Source: an uncultured Acidimicrobiia bacterium (lineage in GTDB: Bacteria; Acidobacteriota; Terriglobia; Versatilivoradales; Versatilivoraceae). From it: a DNA stretch of 64,000 nt. Where the stretch lies: assembly GCA_963786955.1 (NCBI GenBank), contig CAWBAT010000005.1, positions 1,164,127 through 1,228,126 of the forward strand, given 5' to 3'. The notes beneath the pieces are model-generated. The model saw nothing but the letters and a program-made list of their open reading frames with translations, was not told the DNA's origin and ran no database searches. Within the stretch, counting starts at the first letter, position 1, and each line of letters begins with the position of its first letter. The position numbers were made by a program, and so were the translations under genes. This document shows positions 18,698-28,329 of this stretch, piece after piece.

Positions 18698-19702
18698 ATG
18701 CATTCCGAATTCCCATTATTTCCGGATCAAGCCTCTACGCTGGCCGCTGAAGTGGATCATCTGTACTTCTTTTTGTGCCTGGTCACGCTATTTTTTTCAA
18801 CCCTGATTGCAGGGCTTCTTTTATTCTTCGCAATCCGATTCCGCCGCCGGTCGGAAGTTGAATTGCCTCAGCCGGTCACGGGTTCTTCGACTCTTGAGAT
18901 TCTATGGACTGTGATCCCGTCCATTATTCTCGTGGTGATTTTCTTTTGGAGTGCCAAGATCTACTTCTCTATCGCCCGCCCTCCATCCGATGCCATGCCC
19001 ATTTACGTCGTAGCGAAACAATGGATGTGGAAACTGCAACATCTGGAGGGACAGCGGGAAATCAATGAACTCCATATTCCCGTTAACCGCGCGGTTCGCC
19101 TGATCATGTCGTCTGAAGACGTGATCCACAGTTTTTATGTGCCGGCATTCCGAGTCAAACAGGATGTGCTGCCGGGGCGCTATTCAACCCTCTGGTTCAA
19201 AGGGACGCGACCCGGCGAATACCATCTGTTTTGTGCGGAATATTGCGGGACAAAGCACTCGGGTATGATTGGCAAGGTGGTGGTCATGGAACCGGCTGAT
19301 TTTCAAAATTGGCTGAGTGGAGGCTCTCGCGAGGAATCGATGCAGGTGAGAGGCGAGCGCCTCTTTCAGAACTTTTCTTGCGTCAATTGTCATCACTCGG
19401 ACGGGAAAGGCCGTGGGCCGGCACTCGAAGGGATCTTCGGAAAACCTGTCAGGCTGCAAACCGGCCAAACGATCATTGCCGACGAGAACTATTTGAGAGA
19501 ATCAATCTTGAATCCAAGCCTAAGAGTGGTTGAAGGATACCAACCGCTGATGCCGATGTTTCAAGGCTTAATTAATGAAGATGGACTGGCCCAGATTCTG
19601 GCATACATCAAATCGCTGACCCCTCAGGTTCCAGAGGCTGTCAGCGCCCATGCCACGAAAGATCTGGCCAGACCGAATGAAAGGCAGAATCAAAAACCAT
19701 GA
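18698..19702 (+). CDS. coxB: cytochrome c oxidase subunit II with fused C-terminal cytochrome c domain (caa3-type)
   Basis: CuA site HSFYVP...[12 protein letters not shown]. The C-terminal CVNCH haem c motif follows. Two N-terminal TM helices. Confidence 0.9.
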   Translation: MHSEFPLFPDQASTLAAEVDHLYFFLCLVTLFFSTLIAGLLLFFAIRFRRRSEVELPQPVTGSSTLEILWTVIPSIILVVIFFWSAKIYFSIARPPSDAMPIYVVAKQWMWKLQHLEGQREINELHIPVNRAVRLIMSSEDVIHSFYVPAFRVKQDVLPGRYSTLWFKGTRPGEYHLFCAEYCGTKHSGMIGKVVVMEPADFQNWLSGGSREESMQVRGERLFQNFSCVNCHHSDGKGRGPALEGIFGKPVRLQTGQTIIADENYLRESILNPSLRVVEGYQPLMPMFQGLINEDGLAQILAYIKSLTPQVPEAVSAHATKDLARPNERQNQKP

Positions 19703-21330
19703 GTACCTTAACGGCTCCTGTCACCCCGGTGGAAACTCGAGAACATTATCTCAATTCCAGTTACGGTATTAAGTCGTGGCTGCTTACTACCGATCACAAG
19801 AGGATTGCGCTCTTATATTTGATGTCCATCACCTTTTTCTTCTTCCTGGGTGGCCTGTTTGCCGTTTTGATTCGTTTGGAATTGCTGACCCCACAGGGGG
19901 ATTTTGTGCAGGCGGAGACGTACAACAAGCTGTTCACGATGCACGGGGTCATTATGATTTTTTTCTTTCTCATTCCTTCCATCCCAGCCTCTCTGGGAAA
20001 TTTTCTAGTGCCGATGATGGTCGGCGCAAAAGATTTGGCGTTCCCGAGAATCAACCTCTTGAGTTGGTACATTTACGTGATTGGAGGATTGTTTACTTTG
20101 GGTGCCGTGTTGGCTGGGGGAGTCGATACGGGGTGGACGTTCTACACTCCATACAGCACGACGTATTCAAACGGTTACGTGATTGCGACAGGAGTCGGCG
20201 CTTTCATTACCGGATTTTCCTCCATTCTGACCGGGCTGAATTTCATTGTCACGATTCACAAAATGAGAGCACCCGGGCTTACTTGGTTCCGTCTCCCCCT
20301 GTTTATCTGGGCTCATTATGCGGCGAGCTTGATCATGATGCTGGGGACACCGGTCATCGCGATAACGTTAGCCTTATTAGCTCTTGAGAGGGCCTTTCAC
20401 ATAGGTATTTTCGATCCAGCCTTAGGAGGAGATCCCATCCTCTTTCAGCATTTGTTCTGGTTTTACTCGCATCCGGCAGTCTATATCATGATCCTTCCAG
20501 CCATGGGCGTGATCAGCGAGTTAGTCTCGTGTTTTTCGCGAAAGTATATTTTCGGATACCAGTTCGTGGCCTATTCCAGCATTGGCATCGCAGTGCTCGG
20601 TTTTCTGGTCTGGGGGCATCACATGTTTGTGAGTGGCCAATCTGTCTATGCGGGATTGATTTTTTCGATGCTGAGTTTTCTGGTGGCAATCCCCTCCGCC
20701 ATCAAAGTGTTTAATTGGACAGCGACCCTATACAAAGGTTCCATATCCTTTCAGTCTCCCATGCTCTATGCCTTTGGATTCCTCGGGCTGTTTACCATCG
20801 GCGGTTTAACAGGCCTTTTTTTGGCGGCTGTGGGCCTGGATGTTCATGTCCACGACACCTATTTTGTAGTGGCCCATTTCCATTACATCATGGTGGGTGG
20901 TACGGTGATGGCTTACATGGGAGGGTTGCATTTTTGGTGGCCGAAAATTTCGGGTCGTCTTTATCCGGAAGGATGGGCAAAATTCTCCGCCCTCGTTGTC
21001 TTTCTGGGGTTTCATCTGACTTTTTTCCCTCAATTCATTCTGGGTTACATGGGAATGCCAAGACGCTACCATGCCTATCCGGAAGAGTTTCAGGTGCTCA
21101 ACGTCATGTCGTCAGCGGGGGCTTCAATCTTGGGAATTGGCTATCTGATTCCCATGATTTACTTGATCTGGTCGCTTCGTTACGGACCTCCTGCCTCGGC
21201 GAATCCTTGGGGGGCAACGGGACTGGAATGGCGAACACCGTCACCGCCCCCGACGGAAAATTTCACGGAAGTCCCCGTCGTCAATGAAGGGCCTTATGAA
21301 TATTCAATCAGGGAGATTAAAGTTGTCTGA
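19699..21330 (+). CDS. coxA: cytochrome c oxidase subunit I
   Basis: 543-aa ORF whose ATG overlaps the coxB stop. Canonical blocks [21 protein letters not shown] and VVAHFHYIM. Confidence 0.95.
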   Translation: MSTLTAPVTPVETREHYLNSSYGIKSWLLTTDHKRIALLYLMSITFFFFLGGLFAVLIRLELLTPQGDFVQAETYNKLFTMHGVIMIFFFLIPSIPASLGNFLVPMMVGAKDLAFPRINLLSWYIYVIGGLFTLGAVLAGGVDTGWTFYTPYSTTYSNGYVIATGVGAFITGFSSILTGLNFIVTIHKMRAPGLTWFRLPLFIWAHYAASLIMMLGTPVIAITLALLALERAFHIGIFDPALGGDPILFQHLFWFYSHPAVYIMILPAMGVISELVSCFSRKYIFGYQFVAYSSIGIAVLGFLVWGHHMFVSGQSVYAGLIFSMLSFLVAIPSAIKVFNWTATLYKGSISFQSPMLYAFGFLGLFTIGGLTGLFLAAVGLDVHVHDTYFVVAHFHYIMVGGTVMAYMGGLHFWWPKISGRLYPEGWAKFSALVVFLGFHLTFFPQFILGYMGMPRRYHAYPEEFQVLNVMSSAGASILGIGYLIPMIYLIWSLRYGPPASANPWGATGLEWRTPSPPPTENFTEVPVVNEGPYEYSIREIKVV

Positions 21331-21979
21331 CGCTCAATCTGCGGCGCATCCAGCACTAGCCCATCACTTTGATACAGTCGAACAGCAGCGGGAGGCGTCT
21401 TCGCTGGGCATGTGGGTTTTCCTCGCCCAGGAAGTCATGTTTTTCGGTGGGCTCTTTCTAACCTACCTGGTTTATCGAAGTGCCTATCCGATTGCATTTG
21501 CCGAAGCCAGTCACCACTTGAATGTCCCCCTGGGTGGCACTAATACGGTGATTTTGATCACGAGCAGCCTGACGATGGCTCTGGCAGTCTTTGCTTCTGA
21601 AACGGGGAAGCAAAGAATGCTGATTGCTTTCCTTCTGTTGACCTTAATCCTGGGTTTGGGTTTCTTGGGGATCAAGACGGTTGAGTACCATGACAAGTAC
21701 GTTCATCATCTGATCCCCGGATTTGGATTCGCCTACCACGGTCCTCATGGTCTGCAGGCTCAGATTTTCTTTAGTTTGTATTTTGTAATGACCGGGATGC
21801 ACGCCTTGCACATGGTCATTGGAATGGGCCTGCTGATTTGGTTAATGGCTCTTGCGCGAAAGGGAAAATTCAGCCCTGAATATCATTCCCCAGTCGAGCT
21901 TTTTGGCCTGTACTGGCATTTTGTGGATATTGTGTGGATTTTCCTCTTCCCCTTACTTTATTTGATTGGGTTGCACTAG
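21323..21979 (+). CDS. coxC: cytochrome c oxidase subunit III
   Basis: ORF 21284..21979. The preferred TTG at 21323 lies 7 nt after [38 protein letters not shown] and the [17 protein letters not shown] blocks are present. Confidence 0.8.
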   Translation: MSDAQSAAHPALAHHFDTVEQQREASSLGMWVFLAQEVMFFGGLFLTYLVYRSAYPIAFAEASHHLNVPLGGTNTVILITSSLTMALAVFASETGKQRMLIAFLLLTLILGLGFLGIKTVEYHDKYVHHLIPGFGFAYHGPHGLQAQIFFSLYFVMTGMHALHMVIGMGLLIWLMALARKGKFSPEYHSPVELFGLYWHFVDIVWIFLFPLLYLIGLH

Positions 21980-22031
21980 CAGGGATGACGATCCTTACCT
22001 TACAAAACCCAGAGGGAATCTTATTGATCTC

Positions 22032-22331
22032 ATGTCAGAGCATATAGTACCTATTCGTATTTATTTGATTGTCTTTGCCGCCTTGATGGGGCTGACGGCG
22101 GTCACGATATTTATTTCCTACCATGATTTGGGACCCCTCAACAATGTGGTGGCACTGACGATTGCCGTTACAAAGGCCACTCTCGTCATCCTTTATTTCA
22201 TGCACGTTCGCTATAGTCCGAGCCTTACGAAACTGGTTGCTGCGGGTTCCTTTCTCTGGCTGGTCATCCTGTTGTCATTGACGATGGCCGACTACATTTC
22301 ACGAGACTGGCTTTCGTTCGTTGTCAAATAA
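22032..22331 (+). CDS. cytochrome c oxidase subunit IV-like small membrane protein
   Basis: ORF 21966..22331, ATG at 22032. Three TM helices with LYFMHV. Operon position after coxC. Confidence 0.6.
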   Translation: MSEHIVPIRIYLIVFAALMGLTAVTIFISYHDLGPLNNVVALTIAVTKATLVILYFMHVRYSPSLTKLVAAGSFLWLVILLSLTMADYISRDWLSFVVK

Positions 22332-22336
22332 TTGGC

Positions 22337-22368
22337 GGGAAAGACATTGTTTCCCCATTCTAATTTTT
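22337..22368 (+). terminator. candidate intrinsic terminator after the act-cox operon
   Basis: GGGAAA/TTTCCC stem (22337-22355) with a 7-nt loop. A T5 run sits at 22364-22368, 8 nt after the stem, so the spacing is not canonical. Confidence 0.35.
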
Positions 22369-22447
22369 CGCAGCTTGAAGACGAATTGCCGCTGGGCACA
22401 CGGTTAGCCTGCTATCGAGCAAAATTCCTTAATCTGAAGGGGGAAGG

Positions 22448-23227
22448 ATGAAACACAAGGAGTTCAAGAACAACCCGTTGATTGAGGCCCAGGTGGAAAT
22501 CCGCTGGGGGCAGGCCGACCAGAGTGGATCCGGTATCAAAACGGATCCTTATTACAAAATGACATTAGGCCGCTTCTATGAGCGAGTCATGGAAACTTAT
22601 CCTGTCCATGAAATCCTTCCTGCTTCGAAATTCCCCGAAACCATGGTGTATCATACGGCTCAACACCTCTTTCGGGTTGGGAACGGCAAATGGCCTGCCA
22701 TCCAGATTGGACCCGGGATTCTTTCCGTTCATACGAGAGAAGAATACCTGTGGGAAGATTTGGCGACGAAGGCACAAGACGCCTTATCCCAATTATTGGA
22801 TGCGTATCCGAAAATGGTCGAAATGCGGATCGAGATGATTCGATTACATTATATTGATGCAGTCAATCTTGATTTCAACCGGGAGAACGTCCTGCAGTTT
22901 TTGCAGGAAAAATTTAAGACTAACATCGAACTTCCCCCTTCTCTCTTCTTAGATGGGCACGTTAGCTCCCGCCCCAAGAGCTTTTCCTGGGAAGCGACCT
23001 TTGAAGAAGATCAGCCCGAGGGGAGCATCACGATTCGTTTTTCAACCGGGGAGCGGGATGCACGTCCTGCCCTTCTCTGGGAAACTATTGTAGAGTCTTC
23101 CGGTCGCCAGTTGCCCCCCCTTCCGAGTGGGATGGGTCATTGGCTCAACCAGGCTCACGTCCTGGCTGAAGACTGGTTTTCTAAGTTTATCGAAGGGGAT
23201 TTAGAAAAAGATTTTGCCGGTGCCTAG
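22448..23227 (+). CDS. TIGR04255-like uncharacterised protein
   Basis: 259-aa ORF with the RBS GGGGGAAGG. The N-terminus, FKNNPLIEAQVEIRW, resembles the TIGR04255 family start. The assignment is by memory of the family pattern only. Confidence 0.5.
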   Translation: MKHKEFKNNPLIEAQVEIRWGQADQSGSGIKTDPYYKMTLGRFYERVMETYPVHEILPASKFPETMVYHTAQHLFRVGNGKWPAIQIGPGILSVHTREEYLWEDLATKAQDALSQLLDAYPKMVEMRIEMIRLHYIDAVNLDFNRENVLQFLQEKFKTNIELPPSLFLDGHVSSRPKSFSWEATFEEDQPEGSITIRFSTGERDARPALLWETIVESSGRQLPPLPSGMGHWLNQAHVLAEDWFSKFIEGDLEKDFAGA

Positions 23228-23272
23228 GAGCATAATAGTAAGGGCGAATCTGTTGATGAACAAAAGCAATGA

Positions 23273-24037
23273 TTAAGTCAGCCCCCATTTCTTTCTCTTC
23301 TGGAAAAGTCTGAGGTACCCTCCGATCGTACGGAGGACTTTCATTTTGCTTTCCCCTTCCCGCCGCGAACCATCGAGTCCCATGGCGACTTCGGAGATGG
23401 TTGCTTCGACTTTGATTAATTTTGCGAGTAGTTCCACCATGCACTCAAATCCCGGGCTTTCAATAAGGCTCGGACCATAGCGTTTCTCCAGCCGCATCAG
23501 GACTTCGGCACTATAGAGCCGGAAAAACGAGCTCATCGTCAATATACCCCGAATTCCCAACAACTCTTTCACAAGAGTGTTGGCCACATGGCTGAGAAAG
23601 ATCCGCATCAACGAGGTCTGTGTAATTCCCCCTCCATAGGCATAAGGGCTTGCGAGAACGACCTCAAATCCTTCCAGGCGGCGAAGAAGCATCTGGCGCA
23701 GTGTTTGTAATCGCGAGGTGTTGTCACCTTCAAGGGTCACGACCCAATCCAGCAAAGTCAATTGAGGGACAATATGTCGAAAGCCAGTGGCAAATGCGGC
23801 GCCAGGTCCTTGGTTTGTCTTGTGCTGCAGCACTTCGACAGGCAATTGGTCGCGATGCCCTAAGATTTTGGTAGCTGTATGGTCGGTGCTTCCGTCATCA
23901 ATGAAGTAGACCTTGCAGGCGAACTCGCTCTGCAATTCGTGCGTCAGGCCTGCTAGATTTTCAAGTAGTCTGGGAACGTTGGCAGATTCATTGAACACAG
24001 GAATGATAAAATAAAGGTGAGAGAGTTTACTCAACAT
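23273..24037 (-). CDS. family 2 glycosyltransferase (dolichyl/polyprenyl-phosphate sugar transferase-like)
   Basis: YFIIPVFNESANVPRLL and VYFIDDGSTDHT are GT-A/GT2 signatures. Confidence 0.8.
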   Translation of the reverse strand: MLSKLSHLYFIIPVFNESANVPRLLENLAGLTHELQSEFACKVYFIDDGSTDHTATKILGHRDQLPVEVLQHKTNQGPGAAFATGFRHIVPQLTLLDWVVTLEGDNTSRLQTLRQMLLRRLEGFEVVLASPYAYGGGITQTSLMRIFLSHVANTLVKELLGIRGILTMSSFFRLYSAEVLMRLEKRYGPSLIESPGFECMVELLAKLIKVEATISEVAMGLDGSRREGESKMKVLRTIGGYLRLFQKRKKWGLT

Positions 24038-24048
24038 CGGAGACGAGG

Positions 24049-25056
24049 CTAAGTGTCTAAAGAGAAAGTTGGGTTAAATTCTCGAATTGTACCCAGGTGA
24101 GTCTGCATCCATTCCACCTGTAAACGCATTCCCTCTTCCAGGCTGATCTTAGGTGCATGTCCCAATAGATAACGGGCCTTTGATCCTTCGACCAGGCGGT
24201 GCTGCGGGTCCTCGTAAAGACGCGAAAAGTCAGAATAGGGGATAAAACGAAGGAGCGGCTTTCGGGTCATTCCTGTGACACGCCAGATCAAATACGCTAG
24301 ATTTACTACGCTGATGGTCGGTCCACCCCCGATGTTGAGGACTTCGCCGTCAGCGTAGGGTGTCTCAAGGACCTTGAGGGTTGCGTCCATCGCGTCTGAA
24401 ATATGAGTGAACGGTCTGGATTGGGTCCCGTCTCCGTGTATGGGGATCGGCTGGCCAGTCAGCGCGGCGTAGATAAAGACATCCTGGACGCCGCTCAGAC
24501 GGGACAATTGAAAGGTTGGACCATAAATTCCCGAATAGCGAAGGATTGAAATCGGAACATTGTATTTCTCCGCGTAGGCAAAGCAGAGCTGTTCTCCGTA
24601 AATTTTGGAAATGGCCAGACTCCAGCGTTCGACTCGGGACTCACCGAGAACCAAAGTGCTGCCTTCAGAGAAGCTCGCCTCAGGATTCTTTCCGTAGACT
24701 TCATCGGTTGAGGCGAAAATCACTCGTGAATTGTGCTTGCGAGCGCACTCCAAGACATGTTCTGTCCCACGAGCATTCACCTCTAGAGTTTTCAGATAGC
24801 CATCGTAGCGGGGGATCTTCAAAGCCGCCAAATGAAAAATCACTTCGACATCACGCGAGACAGCGTCAAGCCTTTCAACATTGAGGATAGTTTCTTCTAC
24901 AAAAGTAAAGTTAGGATGCGGAAGGAAGGGCGCAACGTTCAAAGAATGCCCCAGAGAAAAATCGTCCAAACCGATGACCTGATGTCCCCGGTCGAGTAAC
25001 TCTTTGAGCAAATTCGAGCCAAGAAGGCCCGCTACGCCGGTAATCAATATCTTCAT
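24049..25056 (-). CDS. extended SDR, NAD-dependent epimerase/dehydratase family (UXS-like paralogue 2, YxxxK Tyr replaced by Leu)
   Basis: ORF 24049..25095. The ATG at 25056 gives MKILITGVAGLLGSNL (Rossmann GxxGxxG). It aligns colinearly with the upstream paralogue but reads WSLAISK where the paralogue has WAYAVSK. Confidence 0.75.
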   Translation of the reverse strand: MKILITGVAGLLGSNLLKELLDRGHQVIGLDDFSLGHSLNVAPFLPHPNFTFVEETILNVERLDAVSRDVEVIFHLAALKIPRYDGYLKTLEVNARGTEHVLECARKHNSRVIFASTDEVYGKNPEASFSEGSTLVLGESRVERWSLAISKIYGEQLCFAYAEKYNVPISILRYSGIYGPTFQLSRLSGVQDVFIYAALTGQPIPIHGDGTQSRPFTHISDAMDATLKVLETPYADGEVLNIGGGPTISVVNLAYLIWRVTGMTRKPLLRFIPYSDFSRLYEDPQHRLVEGSKARYLLGHAPKISLEEGMRLQVEWMQTHLGTIREFNPTFSLDT

Positions 25057-25058
25057 AT

Positions 25059-26042
25059 TTATGGAACAGCCTCGTCGGTTACTTGCTTTTGCCAAGCAAT
25101 CGTTCTCAACAAACCTTCTTCCAGATCGGTCTTCGGTTCAAAGCCCAGCAACGTTCTAGCTTTTGTGATATCGGGGACCCGGTTCCGCACATCCTCGTAT
25201 TTTCCAAATGTTTGATACGAGATGAATTTTGATTTAGGTTCACCACGCCCGGCTAGTTTCCAAACCAGTCGCGCCAGATCCAAGATTGTCACTTCCTTGG
25301 TGTTTCCCAGATTGAAGACTTCTCCGGCGGCCTTTTCTGCAAACAGCGTGCGGATGATGCCATCGATGGTGTCATCAATGTAGGTAAAGCTCCTTGTCTG
25401 CAAGCCGTCTCCATGGATTTCCATGGGTTGGTCTGTGAGAGCGGCATGGATAAATACCGACTGGGGGCCTCCCCACCAAGTTGTATTTTGTCGCGGGCCA
25501 TAGCCTCCAAAAAAACGGAGGATCGTTACGGGGATGCCATATTCTTGCTGGTAGGCCAAGCAGTAGTGTTCATCGAGAATCTTTGAGACCGCGTAGGCCC
25601 ATCGCTTGACATTGCTTTCTCCCATGTAGAGATCGTGTGTCTCTGCGAATGGCAGGTGTGGGTTCTTCCCATACACATCGGAGGTGGAAGCCAAAACCAC
25701 TTTTGCTTTGTGCTTTACCGCTGCCTTCAAGACAGATTCTGTCCCGTGCACATTGATCGTGAGTGTATCGTAGGCGTCTCCATACCGGGGTATCTTAAAA
25801 GCAGCCAAGTGAACCAAGATCGTTGCATCCCTGGCCAATGATTCAATAGCCGGCCCATTCCGGACATCCTCTTGAAAAAACTCAAAATGAGGATGTCCGC
25901 GGAACTCTTTGACGTTGTGAAGAGTACCCTGAGACAGGTTATCCACGGCACAAACCGTGTGTCCCAAGGAAAGAAGCCGCTCGCATAAATTGGATCCAAT
26001 AAAACCCGCGGCTCCCGTTACCAAAATCTTTTCTGGTTTCAT
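25059..26042 (-). CDS. extended SDR, NAD-dependent epimerase/dehydratase family (UDP-glucuronate decarboxylase/UXS-like paralogue 1)
   Basis: ILVTGAAGFIGSNL Rossmann motif, STSDVYG, and the catalytic YAVSK (YxxxK) are all present. Confidence 0.8.
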   Translation of the reverse strand: MKPEKILVTGAAGFIGSNLCERLLSLGHTVCAVDNLSQGTLHNVKEFRGHPHFEFFQEDVRNGPAIESLARDATILVHLAAFKIPRYGDAYDTLTINVHGTESVLKAAVKHKAKVVLASTSDVYGKNPHLPFAETHDLYMGESNVKRWAYAVSKILDEHYCLAYQQEYGIPVTILRFFGGYGPRQNTTWWGGPQSVFIHAALTDQPMEIHGDGLQTRSFTYIDDTIDGIIRTLFAEKAAGEVFNLGNTKEVTILDLARLVWKLAGRGEPKSKFISYQTFGKYEDVRNRVPDITKARTLLGFEPKTDLEEGLLRTIAWQKQVTDEAVP

Positions 26043-26084
26043 GGCTCTCTCAAAATGCCCAGAGGGCGGAAGCTAAACACCCCT

Positions 26085-27191
26085 TCAATCTGCTTTCAAG
26101 AATTCGTGAAGGGCTGATATCACAGCCTGGATTTCGGCTTCCTCCATTTCCGGGAAGATAGGCAATGAGATGATCTCCTTGCAAACGGCTTCTGCGACTG
26201 GAAGAGTCACACGCGGATCCGCCAACTGCCGAAAAGCGGGTTGGAGGTGCAGAGGCGTCGGATAATGAATCGCATGGCCTATCGCTCGAGCCTTCAAGAA
26301 TGTAGCCAAAGAGTCCCGCCGCCCAGTTCTGATGGAATACTGGTTATAAACGTGTCGAACGTCAGGACCACAACTGGGAGTGATAACGTTGAGCCCTTGC
26401 CAGGCCAAATTATATCTTTGTGCAATCCGTATCCTGGCATCAGTCCAAGATTCCAAGTGTCGTAGTTTTGTTCTCAAGATGGCCGCTTGAAGAGTGTCCA
26501 AGCGGCTGTTAACGCCTAGAATCTCATGTTGGTATTTCACTTTGGACCCATGGACAGAAATCATCCGGCAGCGTTGTGCCAATTGGGCGTCATTGGTGGC
26601 TAGTGCCCCGGCATCTCCATAGGCGCCTAAATTCTTGCTGGGGAAAAAACTGAAACAGCCAATGTGACCGATCGTTCCGGCGGCCTTCCCTTTGTAGCGC
26701 GCTCCAATAGCTTGAGCAGCGTCTTCAATGACGGACAATCCATGCGACTCGGCAATGGAAAGAATAGGATCCATATCTGCTGGTTGACCATAGAGGTGCA
26801 CAGGCATCAGAGCTTTTGTCTTCGGAGTGATGCGGTCTGCAATCTGGTTCACGTCTAGATTAAAAGTTCGGGGGTCAATATCTACATACACCGGCCTGGC
26901 GCCGAGAAGCACAATGGTTTCAACCGTGGCCACAAAGGTGAATGAAGTCGTGATGACTTCGTCCCCTGTCCCGATACCCAAGGCCATCAGTGCAATCTGC
27001 AGCGCATCCGTTCCGGATGCGCAACCAATGGTATGCTGCACCTTGAGGTAATTTGCCAGCTCGGATTCAAATTCTCTAACGGGTGCACCCAAAATGAAAT
27101 CGGTAGAGTCCACAACGGACTGAATCGCCGCGTCCATTTCGTGCTTGATCATTTGGTATTGTCGATTCAGATCCACCATCTTGATCTGCAT
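26085..27191 (-). CDS. DegT/DnrJ/EryC1/StrS-family PLP-dependent sugar aminotransferase (WbpE-like)
   Basis: FILGAPVREFESELANYL, ASGTDALQIAL, and FSFFPSKNLGAYGDAGA with the PLP lysine. Confidence 0.85.
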   Translation of the reverse strand: MQIKMVDLNRQYQMIKHEMDAAIQSVVDSTDFILGAPVREFESELANYLKVQHTIGCASGTDALQIALMALGIGTGDEVITTSFTFVATVETIVLLGARPVYVDIDPRTFNLDVNQIADRITPKTKALMPVHLYGQPADMDPILSIAESHGLSVIEDAAQAIGARYKGKAAGTIGHIGCFSFFPSKNLGAYGDAGALATNDAQLAQRCRMISVHGSKVKYQHEILGVNSRLDTLQAAILRTKLRHLESWTDARIRIAQRYNLAWQGLNVITPSCGPDVRHVYNQYSIRTGRRDSLATFLKARAIGHAIHYPTPLHLQPAFRQLADPRVTLPVAEAVCKEIISLPIFPEMEEAEIQAVISALHEFLKAD

Positions 27192-27211
27192 AAGCGATTC
27201 CTTCCCGGATA

Positions 27212-28309
27212 TTAATTTTCCAGCATGACTTGAGTGATTCGTTCAGCCGTCTTCCCGTCCCACAGCGGAACGGGGCGCCCGCTTTTGTAACGATGATGGA
27301 TAATGGCCTCAACTTGCACCAGAATCCGCTCTGAGTCAAGGCCAACGAGAGAGTTCGTCCCAATCTCCACCGTTACGGGCTGTTCGGTACAATCCCTGAG
27401 AGTCAAACAGGGCACTCCGAGATAGCTTGTCTCAGCTTGAATCCCCCCTGAGTCTGAAAGCACAGCCAGCGAGTTCCGGACGAGGTGCAGGAAATCCAAA
27501 TATCTTTTGGGCTCCGTCAGGCGCACTCGAGGATTCTTCCGAAGCACATGATACAGGTCGAGATTCTTTAAATTCTTCCGGGTCCTTGGATGTACGGGAA
27601 AAATGACCGGCATCCGCACGGAGATAGCCTGAATCAGGTCGGCCAAATGCTGCAACTTCTCAGGATTATCCACTGTGCCGGCACGGTGCGTCGTCAACAA
27701 AAAATATGCTTTGGGGGACACATTAAGCTCTTGGAGAACAGGAGAGCGACTCGACTTTTCCAAAGACCGAATGAGTTCGTCGATCATGATGTTCCCTACC
27801 AGGTGGATGTTGCCGATTGGAACTCCTTCGCGGGAAAGGTTATCGACGCCGGCCTGCTCGGTCACAAAGAGTATGTCTGAAACCTGGTCAGTCAGTATGC
27901 GATTGACTTCTTCGGGCATACTCTTATCAAAACTTCGCAGCCCGGATTCAACATGGGCTAACGGAATTTTTTCCTTGGCGCACACGAGCGCACAGGCCAG
28001 CGTAGAATTAACATCTCCGAAAACGACCACTCCATCCACTCTTTCACTCCGGATAACCTTCTCAAAACTCCTCATAATCCGGGCTGTCTGGGTAGTATGT
28101 GTACCGGAACCGACTCCCAAGTGATAGTGCGGCTGTGGCAATTCCAAATCTTGAAAGAACGATTCAGACATGGAAAAGTCGTAATGCTGCCCGGTGTGGA
28201 CCAGGATGCTCTTGATCTGTTGGGGGACTTGGGCGAATTGTCTGTGCAAGGGCGCCATTTTGAGAAAATTGGGCCTTGCACCGACAACGCTGACAATGGT
28301 TTTGATCAT
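27212..28309 (-). CDS. UDP-N-acetylglucosamine 2-epimerase family (non-hydrolysing, WecB/WbpI-like)
   Basis: VVGARPNFLKMAPL, VHTGQHYDFSMSESFF and GDVNSTLACAL blocks. Confidence 0.85.
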   Translation of the reverse strand: MIKTIVSVVGARPNFLKMAPLHRQFAQVPQQIKSILVHTGQHYDFSMSESFFQDLELPQPHYHLGVGSGTHTTQTARIMRSFEKVIRSERVDGVVVFGDVNSTLACALVCAKEKIPLAHVESGLRSFDKSMPEEVNRILTDQVSDILFVTEQAGVDNLSREGVPIGNIHLVGNIMIDELIRSLEKSSRSPVLQELNVSPKAYFLLTTHRAGTVDNPEKLQHLADLIQAISVRMPVIFPVHPRTRKNLKNLDLYHVLRKNPRVRLTEPKRYLDFLHLVRNSLAVLSDSGGIQAETSYLGVPCLTLRDCTEQPVTVEIGTNSLVGLDSERILVQVEAIIHHRYKSGRPVPLWDGKTAERITQVMLEN

Positions 28310-28329
28310 TCAAGCGGGCGACAATTTGA

